From Dehalococcoidia bacterium (GTDB lineage Bacteria > Chloroflexota > Dehalococcoidia > GIF9 > AB-539-J10): DNA of 42,338 bases. The stretch is taken from the NCBI GenBank assembly GCA_030615965.1, contig JAUWYE010000002.1, positions 1-42,338 of the forward strand. The letters run 5' to 3'. The notes under the pieces were generated by a model. The model saw nothing but the letters and a program-made list of their open reading frames with translations, did not search any database and was not told where the DNA came from. Position numbers and translations under genes: made by a program. Shown piece by piece: positions 33,115 to 41,284 of this stretch (positions within the stretch are counted from its first letter, which is position 1; every line of letters begins with the position of its first letter).

Positions 33115-33458
33115 TGCCAGGTTTTCAGTGGGCAGTTTTTGAGGCTGATCTTGACCCTGTGGCTGGAGCTGAACAAAAAGGTACGCGCCCGGTGCTCATT
33201 GTAAGCAACGAGGAATTCAACCAGGCTATGCCTAATGTTACCGTCCTGCCACTTACATCAACACAACGCCGGCTATATCCATCTGAGATTCTTTTGCCAG
33301 AAAGAAAAGCGGGGCAGCCTCTGGAATCTATTGTAATGGCTCACCAGATAAGAACAATCTCAAAACAGCGACTGGGAAGATTGCTTGGCTATCTTGATGA
33401 CGCCCAGCTTCGGCATGAAATACATCGAGCTATCAAAGAGCACTTGGATATGGAATGA
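33114..33458 (+). CDS. mazF: MazF/PemK-family endoribonuclease toxin
   Basis: 114 aa, reading VFEADLDPVAGAEQKGTRPVLIVSNEEFN...VTVLPLTS...IVMAHQIRTISKQRL. Confidence 0.85.
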   Translation: MPGFQWAVFEADLDPVAGAEQKGTRPVLIVSNEEFNQAMPNVTVLPLTSTQRRLYPSEILLPERKAGQPLESIVMAHQIRTISKQRLGRLLGYLDDAQLRHEIHRAIKEHLDME

Positions 33459-33466
33459 ATAGTGAC

Positions 33467-33523
33467 AGTTCCCGAAGGGCACTCCAGCCAGCTTTCCAGA
33501 ATTTCCTGGTGGAGATAGGGGGA
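33467..33523. repeat. 57-nt direct repeat, copy 2 (overlaps the truncated tRNA 3' end)
   Basis: See 32588-32644. Confidence 0.9.
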
Positions 33524-33561
33524 TTCGAACCCCCGACCTTCCCGATGTAATCGGGACGCTC
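33507..33561 (-). pseudogene. 5'-truncated tRNA: D-stem 3' strand, anticodon arm (TAC, Val-like), T-arm, acceptor 3' strand and CCA
   Basis: The minus strand reads GAGCG-TCCCG-ATTACAT-CGGGA-AGGTC-GGGGG-TTCGAAT-CCCCC-TATCTCC-A-CCA. No matching 5' acceptor or D-arm lies upstream. The last 30 nt before CCA are identical to tRNA-Ala at 33829-33858. Confidence 0.7.
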
Positions 33562-33568
33562 TTCCTGA

Positions 33569-33817
33569 TTATCGATTTATTCTAAGGGCTTTTTCCATAT
33601 ATTCGTGACTTTTCCATGATTTAATCTCTCGTTCTCTTTGTCTGGCTTCGGCTAGAGTTTGAAAGAATTCGGAATATACCAGTTTCCAGGGACGATAACT
33701 CTTTGTTGACCTGCTTTTTCCGTCGTTATGCTGAGCTACTCTACGTGATATATCCTTTGTAGAACCTATATAATATCGATTGTTTAATTCACTAAGAAGG
33801 ACATATGTATAAAACAT
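33569..33817 (-). CDS. Small GIY-YIG nuclease-domain protein (UPF0213-like)
   Basis: 82 aa, reading MFYTYVLLSELNNRYYIGSTKDISRRVAQHNDG...YRPWKLVYSEFFQTLAEARQREREIKSWK. This is a GIY-YIG pattern with YxY...YIGxT...R...H...E. The longer ORF from 33937 reads through the tRNA and I rejected it. Confidence 0.8.
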   Translation of the reverse strand: MFYTYVLLSELNNRYYIGSTKDISRRVAQHNDGKSRSTKSYRPWKLVYSEFFQTLAEARQREREIKSWKSHEYMEKALRINR

Positions 33818-33828
33818 ATCGATAAAAA

Positions 33829-33901
33829 TGGAGATAGGGGGATTCGAACCCCCGACCTCTGCGATGCGAACGCAGCGCTCTCCCAACTGAGCTATATCCC
33901 C
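33829..33901 (-). tRNA. tRNA-Ala (anticodon CGC)
   Basis: The sequence is GGGGATATAGCTCAGTTGGGAGAGCGCTGCGTTCGCATCGCAGAGGTCGGGGGTTCGAATCCCCCTATCTCCA. The G3-U70 identity pair is present and CCA is not encoded. Confidence 0.9.
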
Positions 33902-33989
33902 AAATTCAATTCTAGCAATGCCCCGAGTGTGGGTCAAGTCAACTGCTCCTTGCCCTTGCCTGATAACACTGCTATACTGAGCGAAAGCT

Positions 33990-35426
33990 ATGACCTATGA
34001 AATCGTCATCGGCCTGGAGGTTCATACTCAGCTATTAACCAAGAGCAAGATGTTCTGTAGCTGCAGCACCGATTATGCCAGCGCTCCTCCCAATACCCAC
34101 GTCTGCCCCATCTGCCTGGGCATGCCCGGCGTCCTCCCTGGCATCAATGAAAAAGCAATAGAATATACAGTAATGACCGCCCTGGCTTTAAATTGCACCA
34201 TCCCCGAATATACCAAATTCGACCGTAAGAACTACTTTTACCCTGACCTGATGAAAGGTTACCAGATTTCCCAGTATGACGCCCCCATTGGAAAAGGAGG
34301 GTTGCTAACCATTGGTAGCAACGGTACCAGTAAAAGAATCAATATCACCAGGGTGCATCTCGAAGAGGATGTCGCTAAATTGTGGCACAGGGGGAATTAC
34401 AGTCTGATAGACGTCAATCGCTCCGGGGTGCCCTTGATGGAGGTTGTTAGTGAGCCCGAAATAAGCTCCCCCGAGGAGGCTCGGGATTACCTTATCAGGT
34501 TACGCAATATCTTGCGTTATCTGGGAGTGTCCACCGGCAACATGGAGGAAGGAAGCTTTAGGTGTGATGCCAACATAAGCATACGTCCAGTGGATAGTAG
34601 AGAGCTTTTGCCCAAGGTGGAAGTTAAAAATATGAATAGCTTCAAAGCGGTTTACCAAGCCCTGGAATATGAATCGAGGCGACAAAGAAAGGTGCTTGAA
34701 GAAGGTGGAGAACTGGTACAGGAAACCAGAGGTTGGATAGAGGAAGCAGGCATAACAGTGACCCAGAGAACTAAAGAGTATGCTGATGATTACCGATATT
34801 TTCCCGAACCTGATTTGCCTCCCCTGGTTTGGGACCGAGCCTGGATAGAGGAAATCAGAGCAAGACTCCCTGAATTACCCGAAGCACGCAGAGACCGATT
34901 TATGACCCAATATGGCTTGTCCTTGTACGATGCTAATATTCTAACTAGCTCCAGGGCCATGGCAGATTATTTTGAAAACTGCGTTAAGCTAATGGACCCT
35001 GGCAAGGCCAAGACGGTTAGTAACTGGCTTTCAGGAGATTTCAGCCGACTGCTTAACGCTACCAACACTGAGGTTGAAAATGTTAAAATAAGTCCGAAAC
35101 ATCTAGCAGAAATGCTTGGCTTGGTAGATAATGGCACTATAAGCGGACCGGCTGCCAAGGCAGTGCTTGAGGAGATGTTTCGCAGTGGCAAGGGAGCCAG
35201 CGAGATTATAACAGAAAAGAAACTCAGCCAGATTAGCAATACCGGTGAAATAAGGGAAATGGTAAAACAAGTGATGGCCAATAATACCGGGGCAGTAGCA
35301 GATTATACCTCTGGCAAACAGCAAGCTTTGACGTTTATTATAGGGCAGGTAATGAAAGCTACCAGAGGAAGGGCTAATCCAGGCGTGGTGAGAGAGATTA
35401 TTATACAGGAGCTAGGAGGTAAATAA
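33990..35426 (+). CDS. gatB: Asp-tRNA(Asn)/Glu-tRNA(Gln) amidotransferase subunit B
   Basis: 478 aa, reading YEIVIGLEVHTQL...KMFCSC...CPICLGMPGVLP...RVHLEEDVAKL...RCDANISIRP. Confidence 0.95.
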   Translation: MTYEIVIGLEVHTQLLTKSKMFCSCSTDYASAPPNTHVCPICLGMPGVLPGINEKAIEYTVMTALALNCTIPEYTKFDRKNYFYPDLMKGYQISQYDAPIGKGGLLTIGSNGTSKRINITRVHLEEDVAKLWHRGNYSLIDVNRSGVPLMEVVSEPEISSPEEARDYLIRLRNILRYLGVSTGNMEEGSFRCDANISIRPVDSRELLPKVEVKNMNSFKAVYQALEYESRRQRKVLEEGGELVQETRGWIEEAGITVTQRTKEYADDYRYFPEPDLPPLVWDRAWIEEIRARLPELPEARRDRFMTQYGLSLYDANILTSSRAMADYFENCVKLMDPGKAKTVSNWLSGDFSRLLNATNTEVENVKISPKHLAEMLGLVDNGTISGPAAKAVLEEMFRSGKGASEIITEKKLSQISNTGEIREMVKQVMANNTGAVADYTSGKQQALTFIIGQVMKATRGRANPGVVREIIIQELGGK

Positions 35427-35427
35427 A

Positions 35428-35646
35428 TTGCCTACTTATTTTTCTATCGCCCAGATACTAATAGCAATAGCCTTAATTGCCACTGTACTATTTCAGTTAC
35501 GCGGTGGAGGTATAGGGGGTATCTTTGGGCAAGCCGACTCAGTGTATCGAACTCGGCGAGGGATAGAAAGCACCCTTTTCAAGCTGACCATAATCTTAGC
35601 TGTCGTGCTTGTCGTTTTTGCTGTTTTAATCGCTAATCTGGCTTAG
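35428..35646 (+). CDS. secG: Preprotein translocase subunit SecG
   Basis: 72 aa with two TM helices and a Gly-rich loop (LFQLRGGGIGGIFGQ). It uses a TTG start 2 nt after the gatB stop. Confidence 0.8.
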   Translation: MPTYFSIAQILIAIALIATVLFQLRGGGIGGIFGQADSVYRTRRGIESTLFKLTIILAVVLVVFAVLIANLA

Positions 35647-35655
35647 TATCTATAG

Positions 35656-36495
35656 ATGAGTTCCATAATAACCCTGACTACCGATTTTGGCTATGATGAT
35701 GCTTACGTTGCTGCTGTGAAAGGCGCTATCTTAAGCACTAACCCTGAAGCTAATATTATAGATATCAGCCATTCTATCGAGCCGCAGAATATCCTTCAGG
35801 CTGCTTTCATACTTGGTACTGCTTATCGCTACTTCCCTAAGCAAACAATTCATGTGGCTATTGTTGACCCCGGCGTAGGTAGTGAGCGCCAGGGGATAAT
35901 ACTGAAAACACCTTCGGCCCTCTTTGTTGCCCCCGATAATGGCATCCTCAGCTATATAATTGATGATTTATTTCTCGTTGAAAGTCGCTCATTAACCGAA
36001 CATACTCATGACCTCAAAGAGATAGTATTTAAGACAGGCCTTGAAGCTGTAGCCATTACCGACCCTCGCTTCTGGCGACATCCAGTCAGCCCTGTCTTCC
36101 ATGGAAGAGATGTTTTTGCCCCCGTGGCTGCCGGCCTCTCTCTGGGCATTTCCCTTTATGAATTCGGGGAGAAAGTTAACTCCCTGCATGTCCTCCCCAT
36201 ACCAAAGCCGTCCCTCGATCCAGAGGGTAATTTAGTTGGCCGAGTCTTACATGTTGACCGTTTTGGCAACTTGATTACAAATATTAAAAGCAATGATTTA
36301 CCTGGAAAGGATGTCGTGGTTGAGGTGGCTGGGCACCGTATTCAAGGTATCAGCAGTTACTACGCGCAAAATGAAGGGGTAATGGCTATCGTGGGCAGCA
36401 GCGGTTATCTCGAAGTATCGCTGAGAGACGGAAGCGCTTGCGATTTCTTGGGCACGGTGGTGGGAGACGAAATAAAGGTGATTTCGGTTATATAG
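35656..36495 (+). CDS. SAM hydrolase / SAM hydroxide adenosyltransferase family protein (DUF62)
   Basis: 279 aa, reading IITLTTDFGYDDAYVAAVKGAIL...IIDISHSI...HVAIVDPGVGSER...FHGRDVFAPVAA. Confidence 0.85.
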   Translation: MSSIITLTTDFGYDDAYVAAVKGAILSTNPEANIIDISHSIEPQNILQAAFILGTAYRYFPKQTIHVAIVDPGVGSERQGIILKTPSALFVAPDNGILSYIIDDLFLVESRSLTEHTHDLKEIVFKTGLEAVAITDPRFWRHPVSPVFHGRDVFAPVAAGLSLGISLYEFGEKVNSLHVLPIPKPSLDPEGNLVGRVLHVDRFGNLITNIKSNDLPGKDVVVEVAGHRIQGISSYYAQNEGVMAIVGSSGYLEVSLRDGSACDFLGTVVGDEIKVISVI

Positions 36496-36715
36496 TGCGG
36501 CGGTATAAAGAATATCAATCCAAATCACCACGCTAACCGAAAATACCGCTGCCAGGATAAATCTTCTTGCCCCACCGAGATTGCTTCGGCACTGTCAGCC
36601 TCGCAATGACAAGGGAGTGTCATTGCTCTAAACAAATCCATTATAAAGTGGTAATATATTATGCGATGCCCAGGATACAGGCTTGAATGAAAAAGGCTTC
36701 AGGAGAAAGAAACTA

Positions 36716-37657
36716 ATGAACAAGAAAAGATATCTGGTAATTACAGTAGTTGTGGTGGTGGCAGTGCTACTTTCAATCCTATTTTACACGATGCTAGCCA
36801 ACCATCGCCCAGCTATCACCAGTTTGAAAGCTGAGCCGGAGAGGGTTCTTCCTTCGGGAAGCTGCCAGATTGTATGTACTGCTTCAGACGGCGATGACGA
36901 CGAGCTAAGCTATGGATGGTCGGCTGGCGGAGGTGGAATAAGTGGGGAAGGAGCTACGGTTACCTGGACAGCTCCTCGCTCTGAAGGCTCCTACAATGTT
37001 ACAGTCACGGTGACCGATGGCCGTGGTGGCGAAGTCATGAGTCATGTAACCATCAAAGTGAGAACCAACAGGTCGCCACAAATTACCAATCTGGTAGCCG
37101 ATGCAGACTGGACCACTCCTTCGGGTAGTCTCCAGGTGACGTGTACTGCTTCAGACCGTGACGATGACGAGCTGAGCTATGAGTGGTCAACCACCGGAGG
37201 TGATATTTCTGGCACAGGCGCGGCTGTAAACTGGATTGCTCCCGAAGAAGCTGGCATATACCACGTCATAGTTGTGGTTACCGATGGGCACGGTATGGAA
37301 GACACATGGCCGTCGATACCTCTTAGCGTGACAACTGGTACTCCGCCAACTATTGAAGACCTGATTGTCACTGCCGAGCATAAATATCTGAAAACAACCA
37401 CGTATGGGTACATGGTCGGGAAAGCAAAGGAATACGATATTGAGTGCAGTGTTTCAGACACGAGCGTCGGAGTGGTTTACACATGGTCATGCGATGGTGG
37501 CGAAATTTCCGGGGAGGGCTCTATGATTACCTGGACTGCCCCGGATATGAACGATTACTCTACAGTCACGGTAATAGTGTCTGATGTCGCCGACAATAGG
37601 GTGAGTAAGAGCATAGTTTTCTACGTCGTGTCCTGTTCAGCATGTACTTTTAGATAA
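36716..37657 (+). CDS. Membrane-anchored or secreted protein with three Ig/PKD-like repeats and a C-terminal VVSCSACTFR tail
   Basis: The signal anchor is KKRYLVITVVVVVAVLL. The repeated block is ITSL.A......SGS.QV.CTASD.DDDELSY.WS..GG.ISG.GA.V.W.AP...G.Y.V.V.VTDG.G. I placed the start at the ATG at 36716; the ORF track starts at TTG 36683. Confidence 0.75.
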   Translation: MNKKRYLVITVVVVVAVLLSILFYTMLANHRPAITSLKAEPERVLPSGSCQIVCTASDGDDDELSYGWSAGGGGISGEGATVTWTAPRSEGSYNVTVTVTDGRGGEVMSHVTIKVRTNRSPQITNLVADADWTTPSGSLQVTCTASDRDDDELSYEWSTTGGDISGTGAAVNWIAPEEAGIYHVIVVVTDGHGMEDTWPSIPLSVTTGTPPTIEDLIVTAEHKYLKTTTYGYMVGKAKEYDIECSVSDTSVGVVYTWSCDGGEISGEGSMITWTAPDMNDYSTVTVIVSDVADNRVSKSIVFYVVSCSACTFR

Positions 37658-37853
37658 AATCAGGAGATAAATAGTATTCTAGCTAAGGGCATAGTCTTCC
37701 AGGTGAAGACCTGCACACCATGGGCACTTCATACAGAAGATGCCTGAAAAGTCATTCAAACGGTAGTTTCCATCACCCTTATAAGAGTGGTAATATATTA
37801 TGTGATGCCCTGGATTCAGGCTTGAACGAAGGAAGCTCCAGGGAAAGAAACTA

Positions 37854-38522
37854 ATGAACAAAAAAAGATTTCTAGCGATTATGGTAATTGTGGCGGTAGC
37901 AATGCTGCTCTTGGCCTCATCTTGCACGGACAACTATCAGCCAATTATCACCAGCCTGGAAGCTGAGGCAGACTGGACCGCTCCTTTGGATAGTCTTCAG
38001 GTGACATGCAATGCTTCAGACTATGATGGCGACGAGCTAAGCTATAACTGGTCGGCTAGCGGAGGTAATATTACTGGCACGGGGCCTGAAGTTATCTGGA
38101 CTGCTCCTGAAGAAGTTGGTATGTATGACATCACAGTTGTGGTTACTGATAGTCAGGGTGGGCAAGACACAGCATCGCTAGCTCTCATCGCATCAAATGG
38201 TCCTCCGCCAATTATTGAAGGCCTGATTGTTACTGCCGAGCACAAGTATTTGAAAAAAACCACTACTGGGTACAAGGTCGCGAAAACAAAAGAATACGAT
38301 ATTGAGTGCATTGCTTCTTCAAACACAAGCGGCGAACTGGTTTACGAATGGTCATGCGATGGTGGCGAAATTTCCGGGGAGGGCTCTACGATTACCTGGA
38401 CTGCCCCGGATACGGCCGGTGACATTATGGTCACGGTGAAAGTGTTTGATGACATAGGTAATTGGGTCAGGAAGAGCATAGTTCTCGAGGTGGTGTCTTG
38501 TTCATCATGCGTGTTTGGGTGA
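37854..38522 (+). CDS. Paralogous Ig/PKD-like repeat protein (two repeats) with a C-terminal VVSCSSCVFG tail
   Basis: 222 aa with the same leader, signal anchor and repeat architecture. A 64-nt stretch (38349-38412) differs from 37484-37547 at one position. Confidence 0.75.
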   Translation: MNKKRFLAIMVIVAVAMLLLASSCTDNYQPIITSLEAEADWTAPLDSLQVTCNASDYDGDELSYNWSASGGNITGTGPEVIWTAPEEVGMYDITVVVTDSQGGQDTASLALIASNGPPPIIEGLIVTAEHKYLKKTTTGYKVAKTKEYDIECIASSNTSGELVYEWSCDGGEISGEGSTITWTAPDTAGDIMVTVKVFDDIGNWVRKSIVLEVVSCSSCVFG

Positions 38523-38627
38523 TGTTAGGAGATAAATAGCGATTTTAGCTAAGGGCATAGTTTTCCAAATGGTGACCCGCACACCATGTGCCTTTCATGT
38601 GAAAAATCCCAAACAGGGGAGGCTATC

Positions 38628-39902
38628 TTGAAGTGGCATTTGTCAATTCACAACAGGTTGACCAATTTTTTGAGAAACACTTTCCAGGACCGCTTCAGGA
38701 GGTACTTGATTATATCCCTGATAATCTTAGGAATAGTCATCGGATTCACGAGTCAGGGAACGTCGAGTACCGGTGAAGGTGTTGAGGTCCATTTCTTTCA
38801 TCTTCCTGGCTGTTCAAGTTGTGAGGAACAAGAGCCATTCAATGAAAAACTAGAAAGTGAATACCCTTCAATTAACATTACTCGCCACGATGCCACTACA
38901 CCTCAAGGAAGTGCCCTATTGTCTGAGGAGCTTGCAGAGCTAGGAGTAGAAGACGAGCCAGAGTTTCCCATAACAATCATAACCATCTCCGAAAATCAAG
39001 TATTTATTAGTGGTTGGGTATCTGGTGGCTGGGAATCCGAGGAAACAACGGGCAGAGCGATTGAGGAAGCTTTGCAGCAATGTCTGGCAGGGAACTGCCC
39101 GCCGCCGGCAGGTGAAGAACCCGGAGATGGAATCGTATTGCCCTTCTGGGGGGACTTTGTACCTGGTGATTATTCGCTTCCAGCTTTGGCCGTAATTCTG
39201 GGCCTTGTTGACGGCTTCAACCCCTGTGCTATGTGGGTACTTGTTTACCTTATATCCCTGATAGCGACCCTGAGAGATAGAAAAAGAATATGGCTGATTG
39301 TCGGCTCTTTTGTTCTGGCTTCAGGAGTCCTGTATTTTCTGTTCATGACAGCCTGGCTCAATGCTTTCCTGTTCATCGGCTACGTCAGGCCAGTGACAAT
39401 TGTGATTGGATTGGTAGCTCTGGGTGGAGGGATATTGCAGATAAGGGAGGTGATAAAGACTAAAGGCGCCATTGTCTGTGAAGTTACAGACGAGGAATCC
39501 CGAAAAAAGACGATGACCAGAATACAGAAGATTGTATCTTCCCCCCTAACCCTGGGAACGGTAATGGGAATTATAGCTCTGGCCTTTTTGGTAAATTCTA
39601 TCGAATTCGTCTGTTCAGCGGCAATTCCGGCGATTTTCACTCACGTTCTATCCCTGGCCAGTCTCACCACCTTCCAATACTATGGCTACATCCTGCTGTA
39701 TGTTCTCTTTTTTATGCTCGACGACCTCATTATCTTCGGCTCGGCTGCTATTGCTATGACTTCAGGCCTGGGAGACCGATATGCGAAGTATTTCAGACCA
39801 GTAGGCGCAGCAATACTGATAATTCTGGGGGCACTGCTCTTGGGCTGCCTTTACTCTGCCCGGTTCGAGTTTCTAAAACCCATATGCAGCGTACTCTGGT
39901 AG
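38628..39902 (+). CDS. Thiol-disulfide oxidoreductase membrane protein: N-terminal thioredoxin/glutaredoxin-like CxxC domain + DsbD/CcdA-like TM domain
   Basis: HLPGCSSCEEQEPF carries the CxxC motif. LGLVDGFNPCAMWVLVYLI matches the DsbD_2 signature, and multiple TM helices follow. I placed the start at the TTG at 38628, 5 nt after GGGGAGG; the ORF track starts at ATG 38586. Confidence 0.7.
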   Translation: MKWHLSIHNRLTNFLRNTFQDRFRRYLIISLIILGIVIGFTSQGTSSTGEGVEVHFFHLPGCSSCEEQEPFNEKLESEYPSINITRHDATTPQGSALLSEELAELGVEDEPEFPITIITISENQVFISGWVSGGWESEETTGRAIEEALQQCLAGNCPPPAGEEPGDGIVLPFWGDFVPGDYSLPALAVILGLVDGFNPCAMWVLVYLISLIATLRDRKRIWLIVGSFVLASGVLYFLFMTAWLNAFLFIGYVRPVTIVIGLVALGGGILQIREVIKTKGAIVCEVTDEESRKKTMTRIQKIVSSPLTLGTVMGIIALAFLVNSIEFVCSAAIPAIFTHVLSLASLTTFQYYGYILLYVLFFMLDDLIIFGSAAIAMTSGLGDRYAKYFRPVGAAILIILGALLLGCLYSARFEFLKPICSVLW

Positions 39903-39948
39903 ACCAGTAAGTGCGGCAATACCGCCGATTTTTGGTGCCTTTTAGGGC

Positions 39949-40782
39949 TCAAAGCCCTGTGCCCAGTTTAAATACGCCAATCATCTTTAAGCCCGCGTAG
40001 ACCATAAAAGCAATAAAGATATACCTTAGTGGTTTGGCCGGCAGAGCATGTGCTGCCTGGGCTCCAAGCTGGGCCAAGGGTATGCTAGTAGCTGCCAGGC
40101 ATAGCCATATTGGCAAATTTATATAGCCTAGGGAATAAGGGAGGAGTTCGGGCACTCCCAGCCCATTTACGATATAGCCAACAATACCACCAAGGCTGGC
40201 GAATATTATTGAAGCCACCGATGTTCCTATAGCAATATGCATGGGAAAATTTAATGCTAACACCAGCATGGGGACTATCAGTGCCCCACCACCCAGCCCG
40301 GTCAACCCGCTGACCATGCCTATAGGGAAACCGCAAGCCGCGACAAGACCGCGATTTTCACGTAGCTCCTCAGCCCCCCTTCTCAACCTTGGAATTATCC
40401 CCAAGCCCATCCATAAAGCAATAGCCAGAACCAGTCCCCCAAAGCCTTTCTCCAGTATCTCGCCAGGAAGATGAGCAGCCAGAGTAGCTCCAACTACGCC
40501 CCCAACCAAAGCGCATGGGCCTAAAACCAAGGCGGTTTTCCAGTGAACTGCCTTCTTCTTATTATGTCTCCAGGTACCACTTATCGCTGTGGGCAGAATC
40601 ACCAGCAAACTTGTCCCGAAGGCTATTAGCGGAGCAATATCAGGGGAGATGCCCATAGCCAGAATAAGCCAGTAGCTGGCTGGGACCATGATGAGCCCAC
40701 CACCCACTCCCAGCAGTGCGCTGGCAAAACCAGCACCCGCCCCTGTAGCCAGCAGTATGCCGATATGAGTCGCTGTCAGCAT
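39949..40782 (-). CDS. TauE/SafE-family anion exporter (sulfite exporter-like membrane protein)
   Basis: The protein is Gly-rich and polytopic (LLGVGGGLIMVP and GLGGGALIVPML). I placed the start at the ATG at 40782 (MLTATH), which overlaps the trmO stop. The 60-codon upstream extension is implausible. Confidence 0.8.
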   Translation of the reverse strand: MLTATHIGILLATGAGAGFASALLGVGGGLIMVPASYWLILAMGISPDIAPLIAFGTSLLVILPTAISGTWRHNKKKAVHWKTALVLGPCALVGGVVGATLAAHLPGEILEKGFGGLVLAIALWMGLGIIPRLRRGAEELRENRGLVAACGFPIGMVSGLTGLGGGALIVPMLVLALNFPMHIAIGTSVASIIFASLGGIVGYIVNGLGVPELLPYSLGYINLPIWLCLAATSIPLAQLGAQAAHALPAKPLRYIFIAFMVYAGLKMIGVFKLGTGL

Positions 40783-41240
40783 CTGTCCTTTCCCAGCTTG
40801 CCTTCGAGCCAGCCAAGTTTGGCAACCGGCCTTTCGTCTACTCCAGGAATATATGGCTTGATGTCTAAAAGGGGGGTGCCGTCTATGGCGTCCAGTCCCT
40901 TCACCCTGAGGATATTCTTTTCCCTGGCTACCAGCTCCACTACAGTCAACCCCAGGGGACAAGGTCTATGTGGTGATCTGGTAGCGAAGAGACCATGTAA
41001 AATATCGTCCCAGGGCGTTTTAACCAACAGATGGTATCCCTGAGATTTATGAAACCAATAAATAGTGATAATATGGGAAAATCCCTCAATGTCTTTTAAG
41101 CCCTCCTCGAATTCCTTAAATACCTCTATCTGAGAAATCTCCTCGCTTTTATAGCCCTGATAAGGGACTGCCCCCGTATTCTTGTAAGGAGAATGAATTA
41201 TCCCGATGGGGTTCAATTCCAGGCTACGCCTTTTCCTCAT
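40776..41240 (-). CDS. trmO: tRNA (N6-threonylcarbamoyladenosine(37)-N6)-methyltransferase TrmO (TsaA/YaeB family)
   Basis: 154 aa, reading LNPIGIIHSPYK...GFSHIITIYWFH...GLFATRSPHRPCPLGLTVVELV...LRVKGLDAIDGTPLLDIKPYIP. Confidence 0.85.
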   Translation of the reverse strand: MRKRRSLELNPIGIIHSPYKNTGAVPYQGYKSEEISQIEVFKEFEEGLKDIEGFSHIITIYWFHKSQGYHLLVKTPWDDILHGLFATRSPHRPCPLGLTVVELVAREKNILRVKGLDAIDGTPLLDIKPYIPGVDERPVAKLGWLEGKLGKDRC

Positions 41241-41284
41241 CCCTCAAGCCTTACTAACTAAGCTATCAATGCTTACTTCAAATT

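Noticed and set aside
33569-33937. The 122-aa version of the GIY-YIG ORF, starting at 33937.
   Set aside because: Its first 40 codons read straight through tRNA-Ala (33829-33901). The GIY-YIG domain begins at the internal Met (33817).
37679-37933. An 84-aa minus-strand ORF between the two Ig-repeat genes.
   Set aside because: It spans the duplicated 3' flank, the leader and the first codons of the second Ig-repeat gene on the opposite strand. The region is better explained as a duplicated non-coding flank.
39949-40962. The 337-aa version of the TauE-like ORF, with an Arg/Gly-rich 60-aa N-terminal extension.
   Set aside because: The extension overlaps the 3' part of trmO in another frame and has no membrane-protein character. 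The ATG at 40782 gives a typical ATGCTGA stop-start overlap with trmO.
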